Under the pieces are notes generated by a model. That model was not told the DNA's origin. It did not search any database and saw only the letters and a list, made by a program, of their open reading frames with translations. Of a stretch of 64,000 nucleotides of DNA, positions 29,679-39,893 are shown piece after piece. Source of the DNA: a bacterium (GTDB lineage Bacteria; UBA8248). The DNA lies in assembly GCA_965213685.1 (NCBI GenBank), contig CBDBZY010000003.1, positions 160,001 through 224,000 on the forward strand, written 5' to 3'. A program made the translations under genes and the position numbers. Position 1 is the stretch's first letter. Every line of letters begins with the position of its first letter.

Positions 29679-31064
29679 ATGACCGACCCGCAAAGCCTGC
29701 GCGGCTTTCTGGAGATGGTGGAGAGGAGCCACCCCGAAGAGTTGGTGCGCATCCGCGAACCCGTCGGGAGGGAGGACATCACGCCGGCGGTCTTCGAGTT
29801 CGAGCGCGCGGGGAGGCACCCCGTCCTCATCTTCGAGCGCGTGGAGGGCTTCGCGGGCGCCGTCGTCACCAACACCGCCGCCAACCGGAACCTCCTCGCG
29901 GCGTGTCTCCGGGTGGCGCCCGGCGATTTGCCGACGGCGTATAAGGATCGCTGCCAGAACTACCGGCCCGTGGAGGTGGTGGACGAGGCCCCCTGGCGGG
30001 AGATCGTCATGGAAGGCGAAGCTGTGGACCTGAACAGGCTCCCCATCCCCTTTCATTTTCCCGTGGATGCGGCCCCCTACATCACGGCGGGCCAAATCGT
30101 CGCGCGGGACCCGGAGACGGGCGTGGACACCACCGGTTTCCATCGCCTCCAGCTCAAGGGGAAGAACAGGCTCGGCGTCTCCCTGCACTCCCGGCGGCGG
30201 ATGTATCATTTTCACCGAAAAGCCGAGGAGGCGGGCGACGCCCTTCCCGCGGCGGTCGTCATCGGGGTCCACCCGGTGCATTACATGGGTTCGATGGCGT
30301 ATCACTACCCGCCGGGGGTGCGCAAGTATGAGGTGATCGGCGCCTTGTTCGGCGAGCCGTATCGCGTCGCCAAATGCGGGACGGCGGACCTGGAGGCGCC
30401 CGCGGGGGCCGAAATCGTGCTGGAGGGCGAGATTCTCGCCGGCGTGCGCGAGCCGGAGGGCCCCTTTGGCGAGTTCACTGGCTATGCGTCCTACCGCAGC
30501 ACGCAGAACGTGTTCCTCGTGAAGCGCGTGCGGATGCGCGGGGACGCCATGCTGCACAGCGTGGCCTCGGGCATGTCGGCGGATCACATCCTCATATCCT
30601 GCGTCAGCCGCGAGGCGGAGATGCTCAACACGCTGCGGCGCAATTTGCCGGGCGTCTCGGCCGTGCACGTTCCGCCGAATACGGCGGGGGCGCTCCTGGC
30701 GATCGTGCAGATGGAGAAAACGGCGGAGGGCCAGCCGCAGCAGGCCGTCATGGCGGCGCTGGGAACCGAGTTTTACTGCAAATGCGTGGTCGTCGTCGAT
30801 GCGGACGTGGACATCTTCAACCTCTCGGACGTGGCCTGGGCGGTCATCACGAGAACGCGCGCGGACAAGGACATCAACTTCCTCCACGGGGCGATGGGCG
30901 CCATCCTGGACCCGACTTCGGACCCGGAGAACCACACCCTGACGAAAGTGGGAATCGACGCCACGAAGCCCCAGGGACGCGATTTCGCGGAGCGTCTCCA
31001 CATACCGGATGCGCGGCGCGCGCGCGTGCGCGGCATCCTGGAGAGCGCGGGCGTTCGCCTGTAG
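29679..31064 (+). CDS. UbiD family prFMN-dependent decarboxylase
   Basis: DAAPYIT, GFHR, AEIVLEG, EGPFGEFTGY, VVVDADVD, KVGIDATK. Confidence 0.92.
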   Translation: MTDPQSLRGFLEMVERSHPEELVRIREPVGREDITPAVFEFERAGRHPVLIFERVEGFAGAVVTNTAANRNLLAACLRVAPGDLPTAYKDRCQNYRPVEVVDEAPWREIVMEGEAVDLNRLPIPFHFPVDAAPYITAGQIVARDPETGVDTTGFHRLQLKGKNRLGVSLHSRRRMYHFHRKAEEAGDALPAAVVIGVHPVHYMGSMAYHYPPGVRKYEVIGALFGEPYRVAKCGTADLEAPAGAEIVLEGEILAGVREPEGPFGEFTGYASYRSTQNVFLVKRVRMRGDAMLHSVASGMSADHILISCVSREAEMLNTLRRNLPGVSAVHVPPNTAGALLAIVQMEKTAEGQPQQAVMAALGTEFYCKCVVVVDADVDIFNLSDVAWAVITRTRADKDINFLHGAMGAILDPTSDPENHTLTKVGIDATKPQGRDFAERLHIPDARRARVRGILESAGVRL

Positions 31065-31079
31065 GCGCCTCCCCTCCCG

Positions 31080-32042
31080 ATGAGCGAGAGAAAAGTCAAA
31101 CTCGGCGTCCTTCTTCCCACGCGCGGAGTCCTGCTCTGGAACGACGGCGTCCCGCAGGCGGGCCCCGTCATCGACCTCGCCGTGTGCGCGGAGGCACTCG
31201 GCTACGACTCGGTGTTCGTGGGGGATTCCGTCCTGGCCAAGCCGAGACTCGAGGCACTCTCCGTGCTCTCCGCCGTCGCCGCGAGAACGAAGCGCGTCCG
31301 GCTCGGCACCGCCGTTTTTCTGCCCTGTCTCCGCGACCCCGTCTTTCTAGCCTATCAGGTGGCGACGCTCGACGTCATCTCGGGCGGCCGCGTGATCCTC
31401 GGCGTTGGCATCGGCCCGCCCAGGCCGCGGGAGTGCGAGCATGAGTTCGAGACCCTGGGCGTGCCGTTCCGAAAGCGCATGTTCTACATGCAGGAGCACA
31501 TGACGCTGATGCGGAGGCTCTGGACGGAGGAGAACGTGACCTTTCAGGGCAGGTACTACCAGGTGCGCGGCGTGACGCTGCCCCACAAGCCCATCCAGCC
31601 CACCGTGCCCATGTGGATCGCCTCCGCCGTGGTGGACAGCGCGTGGCGGCGGGTGGCCAGGTATGGGGACGGGTGGTTCCCGAACCGCGTGACGCCGGAG
31701 GAGTTTCGGGAAACCTGGGGCAAGATCGCCCGTCTCGCCCGGGAGAACGGGCGCGACCCCGGAACCCCCGCATGGTACATGACGACCTGCATCGACGACG
31801 ACAGGGAGTCCGCCATGCGAAATGGCGAGGCGTTTCTGCTCGATTACTACTACACCCCCTTCTGGGGCGATTCCATCGAGAAGTGGGGCACGTATGGCCC
31901 GGCGGAGGACTTGATAGCGCGGATCAACGCCTTCATCGAGGCGGGGGCGGAGCACATCTCCCTGCGCTTCACCCACAAGGATCAGATGGGACAGCTGGAG
32001 CGGTTCACGCGGGAGGTGCTGCCGCACCTGCGCCTCGGGTGA
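31080..32042 (+). CDS. LLM-class flavin/F420-dependent oxidoreductase
   Basis: AEALGYDSVFVGD, LGTAV, ATLDVISGGR, RVARYGDGW. Confidence 0.9.
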   Translation: MSERKVKLGVLLPTRGVLLWNDGVPQAGPVIDLAVCAEALGYDSVFVGDSVLAKPRLEALSVLSAVAARTKRVRLGTAVFLPCLRDPVFLAYQVATLDVISGGRVILGVGIGPPRPRECEHEFETLGVPFRKRMFYMQEHMTLMRRLWTEENVTFQGRYYQVRGVTLPHKPIQPTVPMWIASAVVDSAWRRVARYGDGWFPNRVTPEEFRETWGKIARLARENGRDPGTPAWYMTTCIDDDRESAMRNGEAFLLDYYYTPFWGDSIEKWGTYGPAEDLIARINAFIEAGAEHISLRFTHKDQMGQLERFTREVLPHLRLG

Positions 32043-32151
32043 GGCCGGGGCGTCTCCGCCCCCGGGCGCCTCCGTCGCGCGTATCCCGGCGTCGCCCCGG
32101 TGCTTTCATGCGGGCTGGCCGGCGTGCCGGATACGGATCCACGCCCCTGCG

Positions 32152-33480
32152 CTAGAATTCCGCCTCCTCGGCGCCTGGAATCCGGAGAGAGCGAAACGCA
32201 CCATCCAGCCCGCCCAGGGGCGCCGTGGCGTCGAGGCCCATCTTCGTCGTGACGCCATCCCTGGCGGAGGGGTCCAGGCGGCTGCCCCAGGCTCCGGGGA
32301 CGGTGAACAAATCCGCGTCCGCCTGAAAGCGCGTCGCCAGCGCCCAGTCCACCTGCGCCGGGTTGTGGACGTCGATGTCGTGATCCACGCAAATGGCGTG
32401 CTTGACGTCGTAGTGCGCGGAGAGCGCGGCCATGAGCGCGCTTTTTGCTTCGCCCTCGTTGGCCTTTCGCATCTGAATCACGCAGTGAAAGCGCCCCGCG
32501 CCGGAGAGGGGGAGCGTCACGTCCGTGACGGAGGGAACCGCCTTCTGGAGGTCGCGCAAGAGCGCCGCCTCCCTCGGCACGGCGCCCATCAGCAGGTGGT
32601 CATACCCCGCCGCCACGATGGAGTAAAAGACGGGCGCCTCCCGCATGGCGATGGACTTCACCCGGAAGACCTCCCGATCGTCCGCCGGGCCATAGTAGCC
32701 CGGAAACTCGCCAAAGGGGCCCTCCCGTCTGCGCTCTTTCGGCGGAATTTCCCCCTCGAGCACGATTTCGGCCCCGGTGGGCACGGGAATCCCCGACCAG
32801 GGGGCGGGAGTCACGTCGACGGCGCGGCCCTTCAGCCCGCCCGCCGCCTCCAGCTCGTCTTCGCCGGGTGCGAGCACGAGCTGGCTCGCCATGAGGAGGA
32901 GGGGGTCCAGCCCCACGCAAACGGCCGCGCGGAGGGATTCCCCCCGATCGGCGGCGCGCCGCATCATGCCCTTCAGGTGGCGCGGCAGGACGAGCAGGCC
33001 GAACAGGTCGGAATCCAGGGCGTGCATCCTGTGAATCGAGACGTTCCCCGCGCCCGCCTCCGGGTCCCGGGCGATGAATACGCCGGCGGAGATATAAGGG
33101 CCGCCGTCCAGCTCGTGGTAGGTGGGCAGGGGAAGAATTTTTTGGACGTCGATTTCCGCGGTGATGATTTTGTGGAGAAATGGCGCGTCGGACACCGCCC
33201 TCGGCTTGATTTTCCGCTCCTGCCTTCGCTGCGTCTCGCGGAGCAGGTCCTGGGGCGCCACCCCCATCGCATCGGCGTACCAAGCCCTCCGGCAGGCGAC
33301 GTTGGCGGCGACGGGCATGGGCGCGCCGTCCGTTCGCTCGAACACCAGGGCGGTGCGCCCGTCCGCCTTTTGGGAGAGGGCGGCGACCTCGTAGCGCAGG
33401 GAGACCCTCCGCGATACGCGCCGGAGGCGTCCGGTGCGTTCCAGGTGCGCGAGCCATCCTCGGAAGTCGTGGGCGTCCAT
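32152..33480 (-). CDS. UbiD family prFMN-dependent decarboxylase
   Basis: DGGPYI, SIHR, EGPFGEFPGYY, VDHDID, WALATR, KMGLDAT. Confidence 0.92.
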   Translation of the reverse strand: MDAHDFRGWLAHLERTGRLRRVSRRVSLRYEVAALSQKADGRTALVFERTDGAPMPVAANVACRRAWYADAMGVAPQDLLRETQRRQERKIKPRAVSDAPFLHKIITAEIDVQKILPLPTYHELDGGPYISAGVFIARDPEAGAGNVSIHRMHALDSDLFGLLVLPRHLKGMMRRAADRGESLRAAVCVGLDPLLLMASQLVLAPGEDELEAAGGLKGRAVDVTPAPWSGIPVPTGAEIVLEGEIPPKERRREGPFGEFPGYYGPADDREVFRVKSIAMREAPVFYSIVAAGYDHLLMGAVPREAALLRDLQKAVPSVTDVTLPLSGAGRFHCVIQMRKANEGEAKSALMAALSAHYDVKHAICVDHDIDVHNPAQVDWALATRFQADADLFTVPGAWGSRLDPSARDGVTTKMGLDATAPLGGLDGAFRSLRIPGAEEAEF

Positions 33481-33486
33481 CCGCCT

Positions 33487-33515
33487 AGCATGGCAAATGG
33501 CGCGTGAGGCGTCAA
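33487..33515 (-). promoter_or_regulatory. Putative sigma70 promoter giving a leaderless ubiD transcript
   Basis: Minus strand TTGACG-N17-CATGCT-AGGCGG-ATG. Confidence 0.5.
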
Positions 33516-33689
33516 AAGCGCGTTGCGCATCGCCGCGCCCCGTTTTACTCTATAAATAGAAGAGGCTGTTAGATAGAAGAGGCCATTCTTTTTTGGAGAG
33601 GGGGGAGGGGCGACCGGCGCGGGGATTTCCGATTGCGCGGAATGCCCCGGCGCGGAGGGCCAGCGATCCCCCGCTTGGTGGAGGAAAAC

Positions 33690-34649
33690 GTGACCCAGGA
33701 TTATCTTTCGCTCCGGGAGCGCACCCAGTCGCGGGATCGCAGCCTCCGGGAGAAGGTGATGACGCTCGAGGACGCCTGCGATTTGGTGGGCGACGGCGCG
33801 CACGTCGGGCTCGGGGGGCTCCACGGCTTCGAGAACCCCGTTCGCCATGATATGGGCGTTGATACGCGCGGGGCGGAAGAACCTCTCCTTCTCCAGGAGC
33901 ATCGTCTCCACCGAGGGCGACCCTCATCTTCGCCTCCGGCCTCGGGAACCACATTCTCACGAGCTGGTTCAGCCAGGGGAATCGTCTGGGGCGTTTCGCG
34001 CGTGATGCGGCATTTCACCGAAAACAGGCTGGCGCGCTTCGAGGAATGGAGCCACATGTCCATCGGCCTCCGGTACAGGGCGGGGGGCGATGGGCGTTCC
34101 GTTCATGCCGATGCGCTCCATGATGGGGTCGGGACGTGGCAGGTCGGCTGGAGAACCTCGAGGAGATGACGTGCCCCTTCACGGGCGAGAGAATCCTCCT
34201 GGTGCCGGCGCTGAACCCCGACGTCGCCCTGATTCACGCGCAGCGGTGCGACCCGTACGGCAACGCGCAGCTCGACGGCCTGACGTTCATGGACATCGAC
34301 ATGGCGATGGCGGCCAACCGCGTCATCCTGACGACCGAGCGCATCATATCGAACGATCAGATCAGAAGGGCGCCCGACCAGACGAGGATACCCTTTTTCA
34401 CCGTCGACGCGGTGGTGGAGGCGCCCTACGGATGCGCACCGCACGAGTGTTATGGCGCGTATGAGCCCCTGTTCTCCCACATGGACTACTACGCGGAGCT
34501 CACGCGAAAGGAGCCGATGGAGGGCGTGAAGGCGTATCTGGAGGAATACTACCACGCGCCCGCGAACTGGACGGAGTATCTCGAGCGCATCGGGCTGGAG
34601 GCGCTCCTGGACGCGGGCCCGGCGGGGGAGGAGCATTTATGACGATTGA
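33690..34649 (+). CDS. Family I CoA-transferase subunit A (glutaconate CoA-transferase-like), several +1 frameshifts
   Basis: Reconstructed as KVMTLEDA..VGLGGSTASRTP..FEEWSH..RAGAMGVPF..CPFTGE..PDVALIHAQRCD.YGN..VVEAPYG; each break is one extra base in a G or C run. Confidence 0.8.
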
Positions 34650-35414
34650 GACGAGAGGCTTCACGGCGTCCGAGCTGCTGTGCGTCATGAGCGCCCGCGC
34701 GCTCGAGGATGGCCAGGTCGTTTTCGCGGGCGTGGGGATTCCGTTGCTGGCCGCCACGCTGGCCCAGCGCCTGCACGCCCCGGGCGTGACGATTCTTTTC
34801 GAGGGCGGCACCATCGGCCCGCACGTGGTGCCCGGCGCGCTTCCGCCCACCACGAACGAGCAGCGCTGCACGCGCAAGGCGAACATGCTGGTGAGCATCA
34901 CCGAGGTGTTGCTCCTGCTGCAGCGCGGGTATGTGGACGTGGGGTTCATGGGAGGGGCGCAGATCGACCAGTACGGCAACCTGAAACAGCTCCTTCATCG
35001 GCAGCGCGGACGACCCGTCCGTGCGGCTGCCCGGCACGGGCGGGGGGAATGACATCTCGAGTCTCACCAAGGATGATCGTGGCGATGCCGCAGGAGAGAC
35101 GCCGCTTTGTGGAGAACGTGGATTTCATCACCAGCCCCGGCTACATCCGGGGCGGGACGTCAAGGCGCGATTCCGGATTGATAGCCGGCGGCATGTATCG
35201 CGTGATCACCGACCTGGCGATCTTGGGTTTTGACGATGAGACGGGCCGGATGCGCGTGGAGGCTTTGCACCCCGGCGTCACGGCGGAGCAGGTGCAGGAG
35301 AACACGGGCTTTGCGCTCATTGTCGACCCTTCGGTGGCGACCACGGAGCTCCCCACGGAGGAGGAGCTGGCCGCGCTTCGCCACCTGGATCCGGACAAAA
35401 TCTATACCGCGTAG
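34639..35414 (+). CDS. Family I CoA-transferase subunit B, two +1 frameshifts
   Basis: FAGVGIP, LFEGG (catalytic Glu), GGAQIDQYGNLN, RLPGTGGGND, VDFITSPG, VITDL. Confidence 0.82.
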
Positions 35415-35437
35415 CCAGAAAAACGCCGGGAGTTGTC

Positions 35438-36704
35438 ATGAGCCCCGAACACAGAGAAACGCTTTTGGCGCAGGTCGACGCCCATCGGGAGGAAATCATC
35501 TCCCTGCTCTCGAAACTCGTTCAGATACCGAGCGTGACGGGCGAGGAGGGAGAGATTCAAAACCATATCGCGGGCCTCCTGCGCGAGATGGGCCTGGAGG
35601 TGGACGTCTGGGAGTCGGACTGGGAGGCGCTGAAAAAACACCCCGAATACGTGCCCGTCACCAGAGGCTATGAGGGGAGGCCGAACGTGGTCGGCGTGCT
35701 CCGGGGCGCGGGCGGGGGCAGGTCCCTCCTGCTCAACGGCCACACCGACACCGTCCCGAATGGCCCGGACGACGCCTGGGAGCACGGGCCGCTTTCGGCG
35801 GACATCGTGGACGGCCGCTTGTACGGGCGCGGCTCCTCGGACATGAAAAGCGGGGTGGCGGCCATCATCATGGCGGCGAAGTGCTTCCTGGCGGCGGGGC
35901 TCCGGCCCAGGGGGGACGTCATCCTGGACTTCGTGGTCGATGAGGAGCTGAGCGGACACGGCACCCTCGACACCATTTTGCGGGGCTATACGGCGGATGC
36001 GGGGATATGCTGCGAGACGAGCGGGAACGCCATCCAGCCCGGCTGCATCGGCAGAATCTGGTTCGAGATACTGGTGCGCGGAAAGGCGGCGGGCATCCAG
36101 CGCAGGTATGAGGGGGGTGAACGCCATCGACCTGGGCTACCGGATCGTGCAGGCCGTGGCGGCACTCGAGAAAAAGCGCCTGGAGACGGTCTCCCATCCG
36201 CTGTATCCGAAGATGATCGACGCGATTCCCTGCATGGTCGGATCGATGGAGGCCGGCAGCTTCCCGAGCGCCTTTCCGGATACCTGCCTGCTCAAGGGGA
36301 GCCTGGCCACCGTGCCCGGCGAGGATCACGACGCGGCCAAGCAGAGCCTGGTCGATCAGGTGGCGGAGGCGGCACAAGAGGACCCGTGGATGCGGGCGCA
36401 TCCGCCGGAAGTCCGTTTTGTGGGATATTACGCCGAATCGGCCGAGGTGGACGCCGCGCACCCCATCGTCCGGACGGTGGCGAACGCCTACGCGGAAGTC
36501 TCGGGCAAGACGCCCGAAATATCCGGCCGCCAGGGGGCGGCGGATACGCGCTTTTTGAACGGCTTGGGCGTCCCGACGGTGATCTTCGGGCCGGGGCCGA
36601 CTACCCAGATGCACGCGAACAACGAGTGGGTGGCCGTGGAGGACGTGATCGACGCGACGAAAACGCTGGCGCTCTCCATCCTGGACTGGTGCGGGGCGGA
36701 ATAA
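35438..36704 (+). CDS. ArgE/DapE (M20) family deacylase, +1 frameshift at G6 run 36112-36117
   Basis: LLNGHTDTVP, YGRGSSDMKSG, DEE; after the shift GVNAI...FGPG...MHANNE. Confidence 0.88.
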
Positions 36705-36722
36705 CTTCTCGAGGAAGACGAC

Positions 36723-37679
36723 ATGTCCGGAGCAGACGTGAAGTACGGAATCGCCATGCGCAACTTCACCGCCTACCCCGAACTCCCCGACCCGGGAGCG
36801 CTCATCGAATATGGCGTGCGGATGGAGGCGCTCGGTTTTGAATCGCTCTGGGTGTGGGATCACATTCTGCTGGGCGTGGAGCCGCATTTCCCCATCATCG
36901 AGTCGCTGACGCTTCTCACGGCGGTGGCCGCGCGGACGAGCCGGATCAAACTCGGCACGGGCGTGCTCGTCTTGCCGCTCAGGAATCCGCTCGTGCTCGC
37001 CAAGCAGCTCTCCAGCATCGATCAGATATCGAATGGCCGCCTCATCGTCGGCATGGCGTCCGGCTGGTACAAGCGCGAGTTCGACGCCGTGGGGGTTCCC
37101 TTCGAGAGGCGCGGCAAGATCATGGACGAGAATATCGAGATCATGACGCGCCTGTGGACGGAGGATATGGTGCGCGCGGAATACGGGCGCTACAACCTCA
37201 GAAACTCCGTCATGTTCCCCAAACCCGCGCAGCGGCCAAGGCCCCGCATCCTGATCGGGGGCTATGTCGACCGCGTGCTCAAGCGCGCGGGCACAAAGGG
37301 CGACGGCTGGCTCACCTACTTTTATACGCCCGAGAGCTTTGCGCGCTCCTGGGAGAAGGTGTGCCGCTTCGCGGAGGAGGCGGGCCGCGACCCCGCGGGG
37401 CTGGAGAGCACGAACCAGCTTCCCATCATGGTGGGCGAATCGCGCGCCGAGGTGGAGAGCCCGATGAACGAATGGCTCCACGCGGAGTGGGATTACGCCG
37501 CCTGGAGCGATTCCACGGCGGAGAGTGCGATCATCGGAGATGTCGACGATTGCGTGGAGCAGCTGCGCGCCCACATCGCCGCCGGGGTGGACCGGCTCAT
37601 CTTCGTCCCCTACAGATACGAGACGGCGCAAGTCGAGGTCGTGGCGAAGGAGATTATTCCTCGCCTGAGGGCGGGCTAG
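36723..37679 (+). CDS. LLM-class flavin/F420-dependent oxidoreductase
   Basis: WVWDH, LGTGVLVLPLRNP, IDQISNGRL, EFDAVGVPF, GDGW. Confidence 0.9.
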   Translation: MSGADVKYGIAMRNFTAYPELPDPGALIEYGVRMEALGFESLWVWDHILLGVEPHFPIIESLTLLTAVAARTSRIKLGTGVLVLPLRNPLVLAKQLSSIDQISNGRLIVGMASGWYKREFDAVGVPFERRGKIMDENIEIMTRLWTEDMVRAEYGRYNLRNSVMFPKPAQRPRPRILIGGYVDRVLKRAGTKGDGWLTYFYTPESFARSWEKVCRFAEEAGRDPAGLESTNQLPIMVGESRAEVESPMNEWLHAEWDYAAWSDSTAESAIIGDVDDCVEQLRAHIAAGVDRLIFVPYRYETAQVEVVAKEIIPRLRAG

Positions 37680-37706
37680 GGCGAGGAGGGGGGGGCATCG
37701 CCTTCG

Positions 37707-38774
37707 ATGGAGTGCGGAGACATGGAAGCGACATCGTGCGCATGGGACGCGGCGGGAGCGGTTTCCGGAACCATCATCGACGCGGTGGGATGCACCCCGC
37801 TGGTGCGGCTGGGGAGAATCGGGCGCGGGCTGGGGCCGGATATTTTCGCCAAAATCGAATGGTACTCTCCCACGGGCAGCCTGAAGGATCGCATCTACGC
37901 GCAGATGATCTCCCGGGCGGAGGCGCGCGGGGAGCTGACCCCGGGCAAGGTGATTCTGGAGTGCTCCTCGGGCAACGCGGGCATCGCCTGCGCGGCGGCG
38001 GCCGCGGTCAAGGGGTATGCGTGCGTCATCGTCATGCCGGAGTTGATGAGCCCGGAGCGCAAGAAGATGATTCGCGCCTTCGGGGCGGAACTCCTGACGA
38101 CGCCGGGCGGGGAGAGCGACGTGGACGTCGCCCTCGCGCGCATGAAGGAGATGGCCGCGCGCGAACCCGCGCGGTACTGGGTTCCCGCCGAGTTCGAGAA
38201 CATGGACAACGTGGACACGCACTACACCGCCTCCGGCCCTGAAATCTGGGAGCAGCTGGACGCCCGCGTCGATGCGCTCGTCGCGGCGGTGGGCACGGGC
38301 GGCTGGCTCACGGGCGTGGGGCGGTTTCTGAAGGAGAAGAACCCGGGGCTCAGAATCTTTGGCGTGGAGCCGACGGAGTCGCCGCTGATCAGCGAGGGGG
38401 TGTGCTGCGGGCACGGCATCGCGGGAATCGGCGACGGGTTGATTCCCAGCATCCTGGATTTGTCCATCATCGACGGCATCATCACCGTCTCGACGGAAGA
38501 GGCGCTGCGCATGGCGAGACGCGCCTCGCGGGAGGAGGGGCTTTTTTGCGGCATCTCCTCGGGCTGCAACCTGGCCGCCGCGATAAAGTTCGCGCGCTCC
38601 TATCCCGAATCCGGTCGAATCGTCACCGTTTTCGGGGATTCGGGCGGGCGCTACTTTTCCACCCCGCTGTGCCATGACGAACCGCAGATGGAGGCGGCGC
38701 TCCGCAACGTGGTCGAAGGGGACAAGGAGATGATGCTCCAGAAGTTCCGGCACGCATGGGAAATCATTGAATGA
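37707..38774 (+). CDS. PLP-dependent cysteine synthase family protein
   Basis: GCTPLV, SPTGSLKDR (PLP Lys), SSGNAG, VGTGG, GISSG, DSGGRY. Confidence 0.88.
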   Translation: MECGDMEATSCAWDAAGAVSGTIIDAVGCTPLVRLGRIGRGLGPDIFAKIEWYSPTGSLKDRIYAQMISRAEARGELTPGKVILECSSGNAGIACAAAAAVKGYACVIVMPELMSPERKKMIRAFGAELLTTPGGESDVDVALARMKEMAAREPARYWVPAEFENMDNVDTHYTASGPEIWEQLDARVDALVAAVGTGGWLTGVGRFLKEKNPGLRIFGVEPTESPLISEGVCCGHGIAGIGDGLIPSILDLSIIDGIITVSTEEALRMARRASREEGLFCGISSGCNLAAAIKFARSYPESGRIVTVFGDSGGRYFSTPLCHDEPQMEAALRNVVEGDKEMMLQKFRHAWEIIE

Positions 38775-38806
38775 GGTTTTTTCCTCCTTTTTAGGGCGCG
38801 GGCGTC

Positions 38807-39862
38807 ATGGGCATTCGGAAAAGGGATTGGGATTCGTACCGGCGCTATTCGGAGAGCATTCTCGACGCGATCGGCGGGACGCCCCTGGTGCGCCTGAACC
38901 GGGCGGCGTCGGACGTTGCGCCCGTCATCTACGCCAAGCTGGAGTGGTATTCGCCGTCGGGCAGCCTGAAGGATCGCATCTATCTCAACATGATCCTCAA
39001 GGCGGAGGAGCGCGGCGACCTGACGGCCGGCATGACGGCGCTCGAATGCTCCACCGGCAACGCGGGCATCGCCTGCGCCTTCGTCTGCGCGGTCAAGGGC
39101 TATCCCTGCGTCGTGGTCATGCCCGAGGGCATGAGCGATGAGCGCAAGAAACTCATGCGGGCGTATGGCGCCGACCTGGTGTTTACGCCGGGCGGGGAGA
39201 GCGACGTGGACTTGGCCCTGGAGAAGCTCGAGGAAATCCGCTCGGCCGCGCCCGGGAAATACTGGGTTCCCGCGCAGTTCGACAACCTCGACAACAACGA
39301 GGCGCACTACCTCACGACGGGGCCCGAGATTTGGGAGCAACTGAACGGGCGCGTCGACGCCGTCGTGGCCTCGCAGGGCACGGGCGGCTGGGTGAGCGGG
39401 GTGGGGAAGTTCCTGCGGGAGGACAACCCGGACGTCAGGCTGTATGCGGTGGAGCCCCAGGAGTGTCCGCTCCTGAGCCAGCGGGGCTGGGGGCCGCACG
39501 GCATCGAGGGCATCGGCGACGGCTTCGTGCCGAGGGCGCTCGACCTGTCGCAGCTTTCGGGAATCGTGACGACGACGACGGACGAGTCGGTCGAAATGGC
39601 GCGGCGCCTGGCGCGCGAGGAGGGAATGTTCTGCGGCATCTCCTCCGGATGCAACGTGGCCGCCGCCGTCAAGCTGGCCCGCAGACACCCCGAGCTGGGC
39701 AACATCGTCACGAACGTCAACGATACGGGACAGCGCTATTTCACCACGGCTTTGTGCGGGGAGGAGAAGCGCGTGGAGATTCCCGATCGGTACCATGAGG
39801 TGGACGCATACAGCGCGGCGCAACTGGATCGGTATGCCAGCGAATGGGAAATCATCACCTAG
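38807..39862 (+). CDS. PLP-dependent cysteine synthase family protein (paralog)
   Basis: GGTPLV, SPSGSLKDR, STGNAG, QGTGG, HGIEGIG, DTGQRY. Confidence 0.88.
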   Translation: MGIRKRDWDSYRRYSESILDAIGGTPLVRLNRAASDVAPVIYAKLEWYSPSGSLKDRIYLNMILKAEERGDLTAGMTALECSTGNAGIACAFVCAVKGYPCVVVMPEGMSDERKKLMRAYGADLVFTPGGESDVDLALEKLEEIRSAAPGKYWVPAQFDNLDNNEAHYLTTGPEIWEQLNGRVDAVVASQGTGGWVSGVGKFLREDNPDVRLYAVEPQECPLLSQRGWGPHGIEGIGDGFVPRALDLSQLSGIVTTTTDESVEMARRLAREEGMFCGISSGCNVAAAVKLARRHPELGNIVTNVNDTGQRYFTTALCGEEKRVEIPDRYHEVDAYSAAQLDRYASEWEIIT

Positions 39863-39893
39863 CACGCACCGCTGAAACGTTTGGGGAAAGCGC

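Noticed and set aside
27561-31001. Very long antisense ORFs (1146 aa here; also 8932-11472, 35919-38753 and others)
   Set aside because: Shadow ORFs opposite well-supported genes, expected at high GC; no recognisable motifs.
23245-33480. Genomic island integrated at tRNA-Ala
   Set aside because: No integrase, no repeat of the tRNA 3' end seen in the window, and composition matches the flanks.
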